A stretch of 64,000 nucleotides of DNA from Candidatus Limnocylindria bacterium (GTDB lineage Bacteria > Chloroflexota > Limnocylindria > QHBO01). The stretch spans positions 21,002 through 85,001 of the forward strand of contig JBBSML010000007.1 of NCBI GenBank assembly GCA_038233215.1. Reading direction: 5' to 3'. The position numbers and the translations under genes were made by a program. Below, piece by piece: positions 28,446 to 36,705 of the stretch. The stretch's first letter is position 1. Every line of letters begins with the position of its first letter. The notes under the pieces were generated by a model. That model was not told the DNA's origin, ran no database searches, and was given only the letters and a program-made list of their open reading frames with translations.

Positions 28446-29045
28446 CTACTGACCGATCGACCGCTTCAGTCTTCCAAGGGTGGCCGTTCCGATGCCAAGG
28501 CGGCGAGCGGCTTCGCGCTGAGAGAGCTTGCCGGCGGCCAGCTCCGCACGCACCGTCTCCCAGCGACGTGCGAAGCCGTGGCGTGAGGAGACGGGCGGCC
28601 TCCCGATGCGGGCGCCGTTGCGTGCAGCTTTCCTCATTCCCTCTCGCACGCGATCCGCGATCAGCTCCCGCTCCATCTCGGCCACGGCCGCGAGGATCGT
28701 GAAGACCAACCGCCCCGTGGCGCTGGTCGTGTCGAGCTCGGGCTGAGTCAGTGACGCGAATCCGACCCCGGAATGCTCGAGGTCGCGCAAGGTGGCGAGA
28801 GCGTGCAAGGTGGAACGGTAGGCACGGTCGAGCTTCCAGACCAGGACACGGTCGACGCGTCGTCTAGCTGCGTCTGCCAACAGGCGGGCCCACGCGGTCC
28901 GGTGGCTCAAGTCGCCGGCCGCAGCCGCGTCAACGTATTCAGTGGCGATCCAGCCGCGCGCCGAAACGTACTCCCGCATGGCCACGAGCTGGAGCTCTGG
29001 GTCTTGGTCTTTGTCGCGCGTGCTGACACGCGCGTACAGGGCCAC
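28446..29045 (-). CDS. Serine recombinase (resolvase/invertase family)
   Basis: VALYARVSTRDK catalytic-serine motif near the N-terminus (probable GTG start at 29045); C-terminal HTH. Confidence 0.75.
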   Translation of the reverse strand: MALYARVSTRDKDQDPELQLVAMREYVSARGWIATEYVDAAAAGDLSHRTAWARLLADAARRRVDRVLVWKLDRAYRSTLHALATLRDLEHSGVGFASLTQPELDTTSATGRLVFTILAAVAEMERELIADRVREGMRKAARNGARIGRPPVSSRHGFARRWETVRAELAAGKLSQREAARRLGIGTATLGRLKRSIGQ

Positions 29046-29131
29046 ACGGATGCCCGCATCCCGCCGACGTCCGTCTGACTCTGCGAACTGACCGGCCCCT
29101 CTTGGAGGGGCACCGACGACGACTCGATCGG

Positions 29132-30409
29132 TCATACCGTCGGCTCCCACGGCGGCCACAGGACGACTTGCGTGGTGTCGAGCCTTCCACCTACGCCATC
29201 CAGCAACGTCGGATTGACCGCACCGCCCGCGGTGACCGCACTCTCGGTTGGTAGATGAGTTTCAACCGCTACACCGCTACGCTCGAGCTTCGCTTCACGC
29301 TCCGAGGCAGCGGAGTAGCGGTTGGGATCGCCTATGGGTGGCGGCAAGTAGCGACTGAACGCGTCGGTGAACTGCTCGAGGTCATAGCCACGGACGTTCT
29401 CTCCACCGATCCTCAGTTGACGGGCGCGAATCCCGAACGGGCTGAGCAGCCGGCCCATGCCGGTTGGCCTCAGTCCTCGACCGTTGTTCCACTCCTGCCA
29501 AGGATGAACCTCGAACTCATCCGCCAGCAGAACATCCAGCAGGTCCCTCAATGCCAGCCGCTCGATGCGACGTTCCGCGAAGATCGTACGGATGTCGCCA
29601 AGCAGTAGGACGGCGACCTTTTCCTCCTCGAGCTCGAGCACCCCGGAGAGCCGTAGGGCAGCGCGGCGCCCGCGCGACGGCCACTCTGCCCCCGCCGCAT
29701 CGGCCAGGGCCAGCAACGGTTCCCAGCTGTCTGCTGCTCGATCAGGCAGCTCTTCTGGTACGTCGGCCTCCTCGGGCAGCCGCAGCTCAGATGCGAGGAC
29801 CTCCCACGCGTCTCTTATGGGCGACGCGTCGCGCTCAGCTGTGCGATACCGGAAGCGTTCGACAGGCTCATGTCGAGCGCGGCGCTTCAGGGCGACGACG
29901 ATAGATCGGTCCTGGACCGTATCGGGTAGCCGTCCGATGCTGGCGATTGCTTTCGGGCAATACACCTCGAACGACTCGAGGCGCATCTTCTTACCCTCAC
30001 TCACGACTCGCCAGAACGGGACACCGCGTCGGTAGCCGTTGTTGAGCAGGCCGCGTATGTCCTCCCCGCCATCGGGGTTCCGCCTTCCAAAGATTGTGTC
30101 TGCTTCGTCCAAGAGCAATGTCGGGTGCCGCTCGTCGATGATGCGAAAGAGGGCCGCGAGGCTCGCACCCGCCATTGGCACGGGCTCGCGAGTGAGCAGG
30201 CGCAGGCACTCGAGTAGCCGTGTCTTCCCAGAACCCTTCTCCGGGCTCTGGATGGCCAAGTACGGCGTCGTGTCGAATTGGTCGTACAGCCAGGAATGAC
30301 CCACCCACAGAGCGACCGCATGGGCTAGTTCTGCGCTGCCAAGGACGACAAAACGGCTCAGAAAGACAGCCGTGCAGTCCAGCAGGTCAGACGTCGCGCT
30401 AGGGCTCAT
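29132..30409 (-). CDS. DUF3631-like P-loop NTPase (replication/mobilization-associated protein of actinobacterial integrative elements)
   Basis: Walker A SPEKGSGKT, LLDEAD Walker B; the family call is from memory. Confidence 0.5.
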   Translation of the reverse strand: MSPSATSDLLDCTAVFLSRFVVLGSAELAHAVALWVGHSWLYDQFDTTPYLAIQSPEKGSGKTRLLECLRLLTREPVPMAGASLAALFRIIDERHPTLLLDEADTIFGRRNPDGGEDIRGLLNNGYRRGVPFWRVVSEGKKMRLESFEVYCPKAIASIGRLPDTVQDRSIVVALKRRARHEPVERFRYRTAERDASPIRDAWEVLASELRLPEEADVPEELPDRAADSWEPLLALADAAGAEWPSRGRRAALRLSGVLELEEEKVAVLLLGDIRTIFAERRIERLALRDLLDVLLADEFEVHPWQEWNNGRGLRPTGMGRLLSPFGIRARQLRIGGENVRGYDLEQFTDAFSRYLPPPIGDPNRYSAASEREAKLERSGVAVETHLPTESAVTAGGAVNPTLLDGVGGRLDTTQVVLWPPWEPTV

Positions 30410-30678
30410 GACGCACCCCGCTTGTCGATGTATCGGCCTATCGCGGAGGCAGGGACTAATCGCCTTCGCCCCACTTTGACCGACCACAACTCGCCGCTGA
30501 GCAGCTCGGCGTAGAGGGCAGTCCGCCCGATGCCGAGTGCCTTCGCGGCTTCGTCGATGCTCAGCAGTCGATCGGGCGAGTCTCGCACCGTGTCCAGCTC
30601 GGCTCGAATCGCGAGGATCAACGCTTGCACAAGGTCGTCGACGGCAACCTGGACGGCCGTCTCATGTTCGCCAGTCAT
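30406..30678 (-). CDS. xis: Excisionase/AlpA-like helix-turn-helix DNA-binding protein
   Basis: LLSIDEAAKALGIGRTALYAELLSGELWSVKVGRRRLV matches the Xis/MerR-type HTH_17 pattern; start inferred at MTGEHE. Confidence 0.55.
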   Translation of the reverse strand: MTGEHETAVQVAVDDLVQALILAIRAELDTVRDSPDRLLSIDEAAKALGIGRTALYAELLSGELWSVKVGRRRLVPASAIGRYIDKRGAS

Positions 30679-30907
30679 TGCCCGCCTCGGCTTCGCCACC
30701 GTCTCGGCGCTGCCGCAACGCAATGCCGCTCCAAGCCCTCCAAGATGAGAACGAGTGCCTGCTCCTTCGCGCCGCGCAACTCGAGCTGGGCCAGTTCCCG
30801 GAGCCGTTCGAAGTCCTGAGTCGGTATCGCGAGATAAATCGTCCTCATGCACAGATGGTCGCGATCTGAGCCTGCTCAGGACAAGGTGTTCAGGTGTTCA
30901 AGTTGCT

Positions 30908-31504
30908 CTAGTGGCCTGCCAGACGCCGTCTAACGGTCGAGACGCTCACGGCTAGAGCACGGGCAACCGCTTGGTAGCCATGAGGCTTGCCCGCGGCGCG
31001 CAGCGCCGCCTGGCAGATCTCGACCTCATCACGATCAACGATCGGCTTTGGTCCGTCCCTCCGGCGCGCCGGGGCGGAGGCGGCGAGTACCTCAGCTGGA
31101 AGCGTGCGCCGGGGCGGCATTGGATGAGTAAGGTCGATCTCCGCGAGGATCTCCCGCGCTTCCATCCTTTGAGCACTACCCACCGTGGGCCATATCCGAC
31201 GGATTAGGCGCTCCCATTGGTCGTCCGAGAGATCCGGCCGTTCGCCCCGAGCCGCACGCAATGCTCTCACCGTGGCAAGAGCGATGCCCGCTAGGGATGG
31301 CGCGCGGGCGGCATGGAGACCAGGTAAGCCCGGTGGAGATCCCAGCGGCGCCGACTGCGCGCAGTCGAGCTCGAGCTGAGTCAAGTCCCTGAATTCACGC
31401 CACACCGCGACGTAGATGAAGCCTCCCGGCGTGGTTGCATCCGATGCCGTCCAGCCCGGCGGGAGCCCGGGTTCATTTAGATCGCCAGGTGACCGTTCGC
31501 TCAA
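30908..31504 (-). CDS. Hypothetical protein with a C-terminal HTH; island-encoded, translationally coupled to the integrase (ATGA overlap)
   Basis: 198-aa ORF ending ...GYQAVARALAVSVSTVRRRLAGH. Confidence 0.5.
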   Translation of the reverse strand: MSERSPGDLNEPGLPPGWTASDATTPGGFIYVAVWREFRDLTQLELDCAQSAPLGSPPGLPGLHAARAPSLAGIALATVRALRAARGERPDLSDDQWERLIRRIWPTVGSAQRMEAREILAEIDLTHPMPPRRTLPAEVLAASAPARRRDGPKPIVDRDEVEICQAALRAAGKPHGYQAVARALAVSVSTVRRRLAGH

Positions 31505-32709
31505 TTGGGTGACTCTTCGCGAGACACCAACGCCCGATTCATCGCAGCAGCAGCTTCGAGGCGCAGCTCCGGGACCACCGCCGCGTAGTGCGACGCCGTG
31601 ATGGCGATGCCAGCGTGGCCGAGAAGCTCGGAGATGACAGCGAGCGGCACGCCCTCCGCGAGAAGCAACGTGGCGGCAGAGTGGCGCAGGTCATGGAGAC
31701 GGATGGGGGGCAAGGCAAGTCGATCACGTGCGCGAGTGAATGCGTGAGACACCATGCCGGGACTGAGGGGTCGGCCCACGGAGTCGGTGAACACGAGTCC
31801 CAGGCGATCCTGCCAAGCGGCTCCGGCGGCGGCCCGGGCAGCACTCTGATTCGTTCGCTGCCGCTCGAGGGCATCCCGACCGGCTGTCGAGAGCGGGATC
31901 GTCCGCCGCGATTTCATAGTCTTCGGATCCGCCATGGTCCAGCGAGAGTCCCCCGCCTCCGCTAGGGAGCGGCGAACGGTCACGGCAACGTCCGTGACGT
32001 CGGACCAAGCCAGCCCCAGCAACTCGCCGCGGCGCAAGCCAGTGGTTACAGCAAGCGTCCACAGCGGGCCAAGCGGATCCTCGAAAGTCCCGTCGATAAG
32101 GCGGCGGACGTCCGACGCCGAGAGATAGGACACAGGCCTATGCGGAACATAGGGCGGAGCCGCATCGGCCGCGGCGTTGCGAGTCACAAGCCCGCTCCGG
32201 ACGGCTGCATTCAGCGCCTTGCGGAGAGTCGCCCGAATGTGGCGGACTGTGAGTGGCGAGACTGGACGCCGCCTGGGCGCCGCAGATATCGAGGCGCCTG
32301 TAGCGAGAAAGGAGTCTAGAGCGCGCTCCACGTCCCCCGACGAGACGCGCTCTACCTGCAGTCGGCCGAGCGCCGGAATCAGATAGCGCCGGACATGCAT
32401 CTCGCGACTCCGCCACGTAGATGGTCGCACTCTCTGTCGGTCACGCTCGATCCAATCGGCAAGATAGTCGGCTAGCGAACCGGACCCCGACGGCGCCAGT
32501 GCGCCGACGCGGAGCTTGACTCGCAGCTCGTCCAACTTGGAACGCGCCTCGGCCGAAGTTCGCCCGGAGACCGTCCGCCGCCCGCGAGAGCCGTCAGCCT
32601 CGGTCCAGGTAACAGCCCCCCGCCAGCGTCCATCTGCGGTCTGATACACGCTGCCCTCGCCTGGCGAGCGTCGTCGGCGCGAGCTTGGAGCGCGAGTGCT
32701 GATGTTCAC
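31501..32709 (-). CDS. int: Tyrosine site-specific integrase (phage integrase family)
   Basis: C-terminal catalytic motifs HDLRHSAATLL...LGHAGIAITASHYA (R..HxxR..Y); adjacent to tRNA-Cys. Confidence 0.85.
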   Translation of the reverse strand: MNISTRAPSSRRRRSPGEGSVYQTADGRWRGAVTWTEADGSRGRRTVSGRTSAEARSKLDELRVKLRVGALAPSGSGSLADYLADWIERDRQRVRPSTWRSREMHVRRYLIPALGRLQVERVSSGDVERALDSFLATGASISAAPRRRPVSPLTVRHIRATLRKALNAAVRSGLVTRNAAADAAPPYVPHRPVSYLSASDVRRLIDGTFEDPLGPLWTLAVTTGLRRGELLGLAWSDVTDVAVTVRRSLAEAGDSRWTMADPKTMKSRRTIPLSTAGRDALERQRTNQSAARAAAGAAWQDRLGLVFTDSVGRPLSPGMVSHAFTRARDRLALPPIRLHDLRHSAATLLLAEGVPLAVISELLGHAGIAITASHYAAVVPELRLEAAAAMNRALVSREESPN

Positions 32710-32795
32710 GTTCGCGATTGTACGCGCATTGCTACCGGCGTTGCTACCGACACTGCGAAACCTGAACCCGCGGCCTCGTTACCGTGCTTGGATTG

Positions 32796-32870
32796 TGGAG
32801 GCGACGACGGGAATCGAACCCGTGTACGCGGTTTTGCAGACCGCTCCCTAAACCACTCGGGCACGTCGCC
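32796..32870 (-). tRNA. tRNA-Cys (GCA); its 3' 44 nt form attR
   Basis: GGCGACG..anticodon loop CTGCAAA..GGGTTCGATTCCCGTCGTCGCCTCCA. Confidence 0.85.
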
Positions 32871-32882
32871 ACGCGCTCATTC

Positions 32883-32956
32883 TGGCTGCCCCGCGAGGAT
32901 TCGAACCTCGGTTCACGGATCCAAAGTCCGCTGTCCTACCGCTAGACGACGGGGCA
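32883..32956 (-). tRNA. tRNA-Gln (UUG)
   Basis: UGCCCCG...anticodon loop CTTTGGA...GAGGTTCGAATCCTCGCGGGGCAGCCA. Confidence 0.75.
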
Positions 32957-33010
32957 ACGCCTCGTCACGCTAGCAGGTCGACAGCGACGGTACCTAGCCG
33001 GACGTGAAAA

Positions 33011-33085
33011 TGGAGCGGAAGACGGGATTCGAACCCGCGACCCTCACCTTGGCAAGGTGATGCTCTACCACTGAGCCACTTCCGC
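33011..33085 (-). tRNA. tRNA-Gly (GCC)
   Basis: GCGGAAGTGGCTCAGTGGTAGAGC..anticodon loop TTGCCAA..GGGTTCGAATCCCGTCTTCCGCTCCA. Confidence 0.85.
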
Positions 33086-33115
33086 CCGCTTGTTGGCCCG
33101 ATGATACCGCGTTGC

Positions 33116-33191
33116 TGGTGCCGAGGGTCAGAATCGAACTGACGACACCCGCCTCTTCAGGGCGGTGCTCTACCGACTGAGCTACCTCGGC
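33116..33191 (-). tRNA. tRNA-Phe (GAA)
   Basis: GCCGAGGTAGCTCAGTCGGTAGAGC..anticodon loop CTGAAGA..GTTCGATTCTGACCCTCGGCACCA. Confidence 0.85.
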
Positions 33192-33266
33192 GCCGATCGT
33201 CACTGCCGCATCAGGCGGTCGCAAGGATACCGATGAGGCCTCTCGGCCGCAACCGCCACACCCGGA

Positions 33267-33929
33267 TCATCGGGGACGCCGATCGAAGAGAATGGTGGCC
33301 GCAAGCGCCGCGATGTAGCCGAACAGCACGAGCCCCGCGATCATGACGACCAATCCGGTGACCCGTCCACCGAGCGTGACCGGCTCGGCTGAACCCCCGA
33401 CCGTCGTCAACGTGGCCAAGGTCCACCACAGGACGTCGCCGTACGTTGCCAGGCCGGGAGTGTTTGCTTCCCCCTCGAACATGAACAGCGCGACCGAGGC
33501 GAATAGTGCGACCGTCGCGATGAGCCCGAAGGCGTAACCGGCACCGTTCCAGTCGAGAGTCCTGCGCACGCTTCGGAGGAGCCGATTCGCTCCTGTCACC
33601 AGCCGAGCCAGGCGCAGCGCCCTCAGCGCGTACGCGAGGCGCGCGAGTCGCAGCACGCGGAAAAAGGGCAGCACCAGCGATATCGCCGTGAGCCAGTGTC
33701 GACGCAGGTACGGCACGACGTGAGGCGCGACCGCAAGGCCGAGCGCAAACTGGAGACCGAAGAAGCCCCAGATCAAGAGTTGTACGGTGCCCAGCCAGCT
33801 CGGGACCGGATCACCCTGCACGGTGAGGATCAGCTCGGTGGCGAGGGCGACGGCAAAGACGAGCGCGAGGAAGGTCGCCGGGCCATCCAGGAATCGCTCG
33901 ACCTGCGCCACGAGCCGCGCGCGCGCGAC
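33267..33929 (-). CDS. Ion-transport (voltage-gated K+/cation channel-like) membrane protein
   Basis: TM helices, an Arg-periodic S4-like segment (LRLARLAYALRALRLARL) and a pore-like TLTTVGGS; the start is uncertain because the ORF-track start overlaps htpX. Confidence 0.5.
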   Translation of the reverse strand, partial: VARARLVAQVERFLDGPATFLALVFAVALATELILTVQGDPVPSWLGTVQLLIWGFFGLQFALGLAVAPHVVPYLRRHWLTAISLVLPFFRVLRLARLAYALRALRLARLVTGANRLLRSVRRTLDWNGAGYAFGLIATVALFASVALFMFEGEANTPGLATYGDVLWWTLATLTTVGGSAEPVTLGGRVTGLVVMIAGLVLFGYIAALAATILFDRRPR

Positions 33930-33943
33930 GGGCCTTGGCTGCA

Positions 33944-34924
33944 CTACCCGGCGGGCACAGCTGGACTCCTGCCGCCGGCCACATTCTCGAGCGCCCGGAT
34001 CCGCTCGCCGATCGGGGGATGGGTATCCCACAGTGACGTTGCCCGCTCCTCGAATGACTTGATCGGGTTGACGATGTAGAGATGCTGCGTTGCGCGGTTG
34101 GCGACCTCGAGCACATCGGAATCGTCGCTGATCGTGCGCAATGCGCGGGCCAGGGCGACAGGATTCCGGGTCAGCTCAACGGCGGTTGCATCGGCGAGGC
34201 TTTCCCGGCTGCGGCTGACCGCCGCCTGGACGAGTCGCCCGATGAGCGGCGCCACGACAGCGAGCACGAGAGCGAGGATGAAGAGGAGCGCCATCGCTCC
34301 CCCACCACCGCCGCCCCGGTCAGAGTCATTGCTACGCCGACCGCCGCCCCAGAACGTGAATCGCAGGAACCAATCGGCGAGCAGGGCAATGCTGCCGACG
34401 AGGACACCAACCAGGAGCGTGAAGCGGATGTCGAGGTTGCCGATATGGCTCATCTCGTGGCCGATCACGCCCTGGAGCTGCTCTCTGTCCAGCTTGTCGA
34501 GGAGGCCAGTCGTGACGGCAACGCTGGCATGCTCGGGGTCGCGGCCGGTCGCGAACGCGTTCGGCGCCGAGTCTTCGATCACCCACAACCGTGGGGGAGG
34601 CAATCCACCGGCAAGCCGCATCTCCTCCGCGACGTTCACGAACTGCCGGTAGCGCTCCACCGGCTGTCCCCGATCAACCTCGCGCGCGCCACTGGTGGCC
34701 ATCACCAGCGCGTCACCGGCGAAGAAGGTGCCGACGCTCATCACGGTCGCCACCACGAGCGCGATCACCACGCCGCCCCAGCCGAACCCGGTCGCGTAGC
34801 CGATCGCGGCGCCGAGCAGTCCGAGCACGACCACCACGATCGCGACCAGAAACCAGCTGCGGCGCCGGTTGCGCTCGATCTCGCGGTAGAAGATGGTCGG
34901 CGTCGGGCGCCTCTCGGCCGTCAT
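33944..34924 (-). CDS. htpX: Protease HtpX (M48 zinc metalloprotease)
   Basis: HEMSHIGNLD HExxH with flanking TM helices. Confidence 0.8.
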   Translation of the reverse strand: MTAERRPTPTIFYREIERNRRRSWFLVAIVVVVLGLLGAAIGYATGFGWGGVVIALVVATVMSVGTFFAGDALVMATSGAREVDRGQPVERYRQFVNVAEEMRLAGGLPPPRLWVIEDSAPNAFATGRDPEHASVAVTTGLLDKLDREQLQGVIGHEMSHIGNLDIRFTLLVGVLVGSIALLADWFLRFTFWGGGRRSNDSDRGGGGGGAMALLFILALVLAVVAPLIGRLVQAAVSRSRESLADATAVELTRNPVALARALRTISDDSDVLEVANRATQHLYIVNPIKSFEERATSLWDTHPPIGERIRALENVAGGRSPAVPAG

Positions 34925-34928
34925 CGGC

Positions 34929-35509
34929 CTATGCCGAACGCAGGTTGACCTCCGGAACCGCGGCATCCGACTCGGCGATCTGGAAGTAATCGCGCTCGCG
35001 GAAGCCGAACATCCCGGCGATGAGCACGGTCGGGAAGGTCTGCACTGCGGTGTTGAACTCCCGGACGGTGCTGTTGTAATGCTGGCGGCTGAAGCCGATC
35101 TGGTTCTCGGTCGTGGTCAGCTCCTCCTGGAGCTGCATGACGTTCTCGTTGGCCTTGAGATCGGGATAGTTCTCCACCAGCGCGAACAGCTGTCGGAGAG
35201 CCCCGGTGAGGAAGTTCTCCGCCTGCGCGGCCTGGCCCGCATTGCCGGGACCGCCGGCCTGGGCGCTCACCGCGGCGGATCGGGCCTCGATGACCTTCGC
35301 CAGGGTCTCCTGCTCAAAGTCCATGTACCCCTTGACCGCATTCACGAGGTTCGGGATCAGATCATGGCGCCGCTTGAGCTGAACGCTGATCTGGTTCCAA
35401 GCCTCGTCGACCATGTTCCGCAACCGGACCAGGCCGTTGTACGTGAAGATCAGGAAGACGACGATGACCGCGATCGCGATCAGCAGAATGATGACCCACA
35501 ATGGCATTG
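34929..35509 (-). CDS. lemA: LemA family protein
   Basis: N-terminal TM helix then the LemA domain (YNGLVRLRNMVDEAWNQISVQLKRRHDLIPNLV); start at MPLWVII. Confidence 0.75.
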
Positions 35510-35777
35510 AGGATGGCTCCTGGCGCTCGGGACGTTTGACGGCGGCATCGTACCAGCCGGTGCGTCCCTGCCCTTCGCGCGCGGAGCACACGTTCAACAC
35601 ACGGGTGCGGGTTCGAATGGCTCCGCGCGGTCCTCGGGCCCCCGGACGACGTGAGGCTTGCCGATCATGTCGTCCGGCGGATCGGCCTGCTCGATGGAGA
35701 ACACCCATTGCGGGACGTCCTCGAGTGTCACCGAGTCCACGGCACCTCGGGTGGCCCCGATGGACCTTGCCCGCTGT

Positions 35778-35854
35778 TGGTGGGCGGTGAGGGACTCGAA
35801 CCCCCGACCCCCTCGGTGTAAACGAGGTGCTCTGACCAGCTGAGCTAACCGCCC
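35778..35854 (-). tRNA. tRNA-Val (UAC)
   Basis: GGGCGGTTAGCTCAGCTGGTCAGAGC..anticodon loop TTTACAC..GGTTCGAGTCCCTCACCGCCCACCA. Confidence 0.85.
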
Positions 35855-35919
35855 GTATCGGTTTCGAGCGTATCACTGTCTTCGTGCGCGGGAGGCGTGA
35901 TCTACGTGGCGGGCAGGAG

Positions 35920-36140
35920 CAAACGCCCAATGAAGCGTGGTCCGCCCCGTAGGGCGAGGCTAACGATCAATGAAGCGTGGTCTCTTGTGCCATTTACCGG
36001 TCCGACGGGTCATCTTGCCGACAGGCGCGCGGTTCTGCCTCGTCCGATGGCCGATAGCTCCGCACCACGGGTCCCGCGCTCGCGATCCACGAGGGCTCAC
36101 TCGTTCAATGGCGGATAGTCCCGCACCACGGGTCGCGCGT
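35920..36140. repeat. Intergenic repeat block: caatgaagcgtggtc x2 flanking the hairpin CGCCCCGTAGGGCG, and two ~27-bp imperfect repeats atggc(c/g)gatag(c/t)(t/c)ccgcaccacgggtc
   Basis: Read directly between tRNA-Val and tRNA-Leu; no convincing ORF. Confidence 0.6.
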
Positions 36141-36207
36141 CGCTGGGAGAAACGAAGAGCGCCGCTCGCAGCGGCGCAAGCGGCGCATCGGTCTGAAAAG
36201 AAGGAAT

Positions 36208-36293
36208 TGGTGCCCAGGCCGGGACTTGAACCCGGATGAGTTGCCTCATACGCCCCTCAAACGTACGCGTATACCAATTCCGCCACCTGGGCC
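36208..36293 (-). tRNA. tRNA-Leu (GAG)
   Basis: Class II tRNA with a long variable arm; anticodon loop TTGAGGG. Confidence 0.7.
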
Positions 36294-36299
36294 CGAGCG

Positions 36300-36386
36300 T
36301 GGTACCGAGGGAGGGACTTGAACCCACACGACCTTGCGGCCACTAGGTCCTGAACCTAGCGCGTCTGCCTATTCCGCCACCTCGGC
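36300..36386 (-). tRNA. tRNA-Leu (CAG)
   Basis: GCCGAGGTGGCGGAATAGGCAGACGC..anticodon loop TTCAGGA..long variable arm..GGGTTCAAGTCCC. Confidence 0.8.
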
Positions 36387-36442
36387 ACGGCCGCAAACGG
36401 AGCGTTTCCGATTGCGAGGGCCGATGATATCACGGCCTCTCT

Positions 36443-36664
36443 TCAGTTCTGCGGCAGCAGGTTGAGCAGGCTGAAGGCGACGAACAGGACCGAGAGCAGG
36501 ACGGTCATGCGAAACAGGGTCCGCTCGATGCCGCGCCGGCTGCGGTAGGCAGTCACCTCGCCACCGAAGGCGCCACCCAGGCCGGTTCCCCGCTGCTGAA
36601 GCAGGATCGACGCGATGAGCGCGATGGCCAAGATCATCTGGGCGAGAAGAAGTGGGGCTTGCAT
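36443..36664 (-). CDS. secG: Preprotein translocase subunit SecG
   Basis: 73-aa two-TM protein with a Gly-rich loop (QRGTGLGGAFGG). Confidence 0.75.
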   Translation of the reverse strand: MQAPLLLAQMILAIALIASILLQQRGTGLGGAFGGEVTAYRSRRGIERTLFRMTVLLSVLFVAFSLLNLLPQN

Positions 36665-36705
36665 TGCCGGCGCAGTTTAGCAGAGACGTCCGGTTGATTC
36701 GAGCG

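Larger units (their letters stand above)
20837..32870. mobile_element. ~12-kb integrative genomic island inserted at tRNA-Cys, carrying a type III R-M system, TetR module, DUF3631 protein, serine recombinase, Xis-like protein and tyrosine integrase
   Basis: 46-bp direct repeats equal the tRNA-Cys 3' end. The integrase is adjacent to the intact tRNA. TTGCTACC arm-type repeats sit inside both ends (20978..20999, 32728..32749). Confidence 0.8.
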
